From: an uncultured Acidobacteriota bacterium | GTDB taxonomy: Bacteria; Acidobacteriota; UBA6911 | Length of the DNA stretch: 64,000 nt | NCBI GenBank assembly: GCA_963827655.1 | Contig: CAWHCF010000052.1 | Coordinates: forward strand, 1 to 64,000 | Direction: 5' to 3' | In this document: piece after piece, positions 60,461-64,000 of the stretch | How the letters are laid out: each line of letters starts with the position of its first letter | Numbering within the stretch: position 1 is the first letter of the stretch | Position numbers and translations under genes: made by a program | The notes under the pieces: model-generated | Seen by the model: the letters and a program-made list of their open reading frames with translations, nothing else | The model's database searches: none | Told to the model about the DNA's origin: nothing

Positions 60461-62518
60461 ATGAAAATCAGCGTAGCCTGGCTAAGAGAGATGGTAGAGA
60501 TCCCCGAGAGCCCCGAGGAGCTGCGCGAGCCCCTTTCGAGGCTCGGCCTGGTCGTGGAGTCCCTCACCCGGCATGGCGACGATTCCGTTCTCGAAGTTGA
60601 AGTCACCTCCAATCGACCCGATTGCATGAGCCATCTCGGCATCGCGCGCGAGCTCTCGGCTTTCTATCGCCGGCCGCTCAAGAAACCGGCCGGCGGCGGC
60701 CAAGCTTCGCCTGTCCCGTGAAGTGATTCCCTGCACGATCGAGATCGAAGACCCTGGGCTTTGTCCGCGGTACACCGGACTCGTGATGGATGGAATCCGC
60801 GTGGCTCCATCTCCCGCCTGGATGCAGCGACGGCTGGAGGCAGCCGGGATGCGGCCGTTGAACAACCTCGTCGACATCACCAATTACGTGCTGCTCGAGC
60901 TCGGGCACCCTCTGCACGCTTTTGATTTCCTGCGACTGCGGGGGGAAAGATTGTGGTGGCGCGCGCCCAACCGGGACAGAAGCTGACGACGCTGGACGGC
61001 GTGGAACGGGAGCTCGACCCCGAGATGCTCATGATCAACGACGCTCAGGGACCGGTGGCCATCGGGGGCGTGATGGGCGGACTCGATTCTGAGATCACCG
61101 ATCGAACCCGCACCGTCCTGCTCGAATGCGCTTACTTTCAGCCCGCCTCGATTCGCCGGACGGCGAAAAAACTTGGCCTCGCGACCGAGGCGAGCTATCG
61201 CTTCGAAAGAGGAGCGGACTGGGATGACACGATTTCGGCCATCACGCGAGCATCCCAGCTTATTCAAGAACTCGCGGGGGGTCACGTAGCGGGGAGTCTG
61301 CGGGACATCTATCCCAGGAAACTCAGGCCAGCCAGGCTCAGGCTGCGCCGCAGTCGCGCCGAAGCCCTCCTGGGCGTGAAGTTGAAGGATAGCTTCATCG
61401 CGTCGACGCTAAGACGCCTCGGGTTCGAACCGGTCGCCAGATCTTCCGGCGTCTGGAGCGTGACCTGCCCGACCTATCGAGCCGACATGGAACTCGAGGC
61501 CGATTTGATTGAGGAGGTGGCTAGATTCCACGGTTATGACGATATCCCAGCCACTTTCCCGGGCGCCCAAACCTCCGGCCTTGCCTCACCCGTCTACCCC
61601 GTCGAAAGCGCGACCCGGGGCATTCTCCTCGGCCTTGGTTACAGCGAGAGCGTACACCTCAGCTTTGCGGGTCAAGGCGAGCACGTCGAGTTTGGAGGCA
61701 ATGACGGCGACCGCGTCGTCATCAAGAACCCACTGACGGAAGAGACCCAGTTCCTGCGCGCCACTCTGGCTTCGGGATTGGTTCGGACTGCGAAACACAA
61801 TTTCAACCACGAACAGCGGGATGTCAGGATCTTCGAGATCGGCAAGGTGTATCGGCTCGATTCGAACGGGCGTCCCAGCGAGCGTGCGGCGCTGGGAATC
61901 CTGGGGGCTGGCGATTTCGCAGGTCGTAACTGGCATCACCCGGGCGGCAGCTACGATTTTTTTCATCTGAAGGGTGTCATAGCCGCTTTGCTGCGAGGCC
62001 TGCGCAGTCTGCCCTGGGAAATGGTCCCGGCGCCGGAAGTTCCGTGGTTGAATCCGGCTAACGCCGCTGCTCTGATCATCGAGGACAGGCGGGTTGGATT
62101 TGCGGGTTCACTCCATCCCACGCTGGAAGAGCAATACAAACTGAAACAACCCGTGTTTGTGGCTGAGATTGATTTCGAGCGGCTCTCACGCAGCGTTTTT
62201 ACCCCGGTGCAATACCAGACTCTGGCCAGGTATCCCGTCGCGCAACGTGATCTCTCCGTGATCGTCTCTCGGGACATTCCGTATCGAGATCTTCGACTGG
62301 GCATTCTGAACTTGCAGATCGCGGAGCTGATGTCGGTCGATCTGGTCGACGTATATGAAGGCGAAAAGATCCCAGCCGGCAAGCTCAGCTTGACTCTGCG
62401 CTTTGTCTTCCTGGATCGCGAGAAGACCCTCACTGTTGACCGGGTTCAGAGCTTCAGTGATAATGTTGTGAATTTTCTCCGTACGAACTATGGCGCAGAG
62501 CTCCGAAGGCTGGTATGA
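60461..62518 (+). CDS. pheT: Phenylalanine--tRNA ligase beta subunit, short form, two apparent frameshifts (~60710, ~60950)
   Basis: [45 protein letters not shown]. Confidence 0.95.
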
Positions 62519-62793
62519 GTGAGAGCGAAACCCAATGGCAACCCACAGGACTCGAGCGTTTTGCTCATCTTGAGGATAAGATCCACCGGATCGTGGAAGC
62601 GCTCAAGGGCATGCGCCACGAGACCGAGGCCCTTCGAGTCGAAAACCAGAAATTAAAAGCTGAAATCGAGAAACTGCGCAAGAAAGAATTGACCCATCAC
62701 GAGAGTCTGGCCCATCTTCAGAAGGAACGAGAAGCGTTGCGTGAACGAGTCGAGAAAGCCTTGAGCCTCCTGGCCACGGTCGAGATGCGTTAA
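62515..62793 (+). CDS. zapB: ZapB-like coiled-coil cell division protein
   Basis: LEDKI..., ERE.LRERVEK.L; position between pheT and zapA. Confidence 0.75.
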   Translation: MSESETQWQPTGLERFAHLEDKIHRIVEALKGMRHETEALRVENQKLKAEIEKLRKKELTHHESLAHLQKEREALRERVEKALSLLATVEMR

Positions 62794-62836
62794 GACGGGA
62801 GGCTGTTTGTGACCGGTACCTCAACGAGGACCTCCC

Positions 62837-63130
62837 ATGAGCAACGTACAACCCGCTGTTCTGAATGTCAGAATTTACGACCGGGAATATGCGCTGCGCA
62901 CGAGCGGTGATATCGAACGCTTGAGAAATCTGTGCTCGGGCCTGGACAAGCGCATGCGAGAAGCAGCCTCGCAGTCGGGATCGGTCGACACCTTGAGAGT
63001 CGCGATCCTCGCCGCCGTGAGCCTGATGGAGGATCTTGCCCGCGCGCACGAGGAACTGCGAAAAATTGACGAGTCCGTGGGCCGGCGCTCCCTGGAGTGC
63101 GTCTCGATTCTGGATCGATTCCTGAGCTGA
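62837..63130 (+). CDS. zapA: Cell division protein ZapA
   Basis: VRIYDREY.LR, LDKRM, RVAILAA. Confidence 0.9.
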   Translation: MSNVQPAVLNVRIYDREYALRTSGDIERLRNLCSGLDKRMREAASQSGSVDTLRVAILAAVSLMEDLARAHEELRKIDESVGRRSLECVSILDRFLS

Positions 63131-63210
63131 GTACAGCATCTCACCTACGTGACGATCTAGCTTAGTCTGTTGTTGCGGTTGAAGCGCATGTTACCCGCAA
63201 TAAACCCTGC

Positions 63211-64000
63211 TCACTGGAAGTTCTCCACCAACATCAGGTCGTCGATGGAGGAGTCAATTCGGGAATAGAAGATCGTGCGGCCGTCCCGAGATGCGGTAAG
63301 GCCGAGGTATACATTGCCGAGATTGTGCGCCACCGTCGTGGACCTGCGGGTCGCGAAGTCGAAGTACTGAAGCCGTGTCTCACCCGAGGGCCGGTCGATA
63401 TAGAGATTGCCTCCCTCGCCCGAGGGTCGGTCGATATAATAAATGCCTCGGTTGAGCACAGCGAAAGCTCCTAGAACAACGCTGTCCAGCAACTTGAGCG
63501 GAACGCCGCCGGAAGTGGGCAGGCGCCACAACGGGCTCGGTGTGTCCATCCTCTCGTTGTAATAGACGTAAGTGCCGTCGGGCGACTCGAAGGCCGCGAA
63601 TCCACCGTTGTTTGTGACTTGGCTGGCATTCCCGCCGGATGCCGGCATTTTCCATATCTGACGCTGTCCTGTACGGGTCGAAGTGAAATAGATCGACTTG
63701 CCGTCCCGCGAGAAACTGGGTCGGAAATCGGAGGCGGGATGAGAAGTTAGGTTCTGTGGCTTACCACCCGCGGCGGGAATAACGTAGACCTCAAACTGCC
63801 CTTCGGGATTGGATTGGAACACAATCCGTTCGCCGTCGGGAGACCAGCGGGGGGCGCCTGAGATTGCACGCACGAAGGTGAGCTGGACGGCATTGGACCC
63901 GTCAGGATCGGCCAGCCAGATTTCCCATTCTCCGGAACGATTCGATGGAAAGGCCACCCGGCGGCCGTCGGGAGAAAGGTGGGGGGTGGACTCGCTTCTC
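63211..64000 (-). CDS. TolB-like PD40 beta-propeller protein, C-terminal part
   Basis: Repeated SPDG/SRDG blades (PRWSPDGERIVF, PSFSRDGKSIYF); frame open to window end. Confidence 0.9.
   Translation of the reverse strand, partial: RSESTPHLSPDGRRVAFPSNRSGEWEIWLADPDGSNAVQLTFVRAISGAPRWSPDGERIVFQSNPEGQFEVYVIPAAGGKPQNLTSHPASDFRPSFSRDGKSIYFTSTRTGQRQIWKMPASGGNASQVTNNGGFAAFESPDGTYVYYNERMDTPSPLWRLPTSGGVPLKLLDSVVLGAFAVLNRGIYYIDRPSGEGGNLYIDRPSGETRLQYFDFATRRSTTVAHNLGNVYLGLTASRDGRTIFYSRIDSSIDDLMLVENFQ

Noticed and set aside
60700-60960. Programmed frameshifting in pheT
   Set aside because: No slippery heptamer with downstream structure; similar indels occur across unrelated genes
63131-63210. 6S RNA after zapA
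   Set aside because: Only 80 bp before the convergent gene, too short for ~180-nt 6S RNA
1-64000. CRISPR array
   Set aside because: No regularly spaced 25-45 bp repeats with unique spacers and no cas genes seen

Overview
Bacterial chromosome segment, most likely Acidobacteriota (inferred from the split F0 atp operon, bacillithiol genes, short PheT, and matrixin and PD40 proteins). Bases 1 to about 15,870 are the right part of an integrated mobile element abutting the 3' end of tRNA-Ser(CGA). Its left part is a mobilisation module: RepB-type primase, a protein of five tandem DUF5710/HARP-like repeats, MOBF relaxase-helicase, an 11-bp-phased GGCAAC array (candidate oriT), TraK/L/M-like genes, a coupling protein, an SSB-like gene and ArdC, with no mating-pair genes in the window. 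Its right part is a disrupted satellite-like module: Toprim primase, NTPase/helicase with an internal iteron array, RHH, Xis, and an integrase with an internal ~120-aa duplication. The remaining ~48 kb is core genome: atpZIBE, greA, nuoE-JKLMN, thiSG, aroB, menG, minor pilins and pilD, trpD, TolC, nnr, tsaE, bshC-like, bshB1, an ABC exporter pair, mltG, ruvX, tRNA-Val, thrS-infC-rpmI-rplT-pheST-zapBA. Two core proteins look like pseudoenzymes (BshC-like, S41). Frameshifts occur even in pheT, so many indels are probably sequencing or assembly errors. All calls come from motif recognition by eye; no database searches were run.
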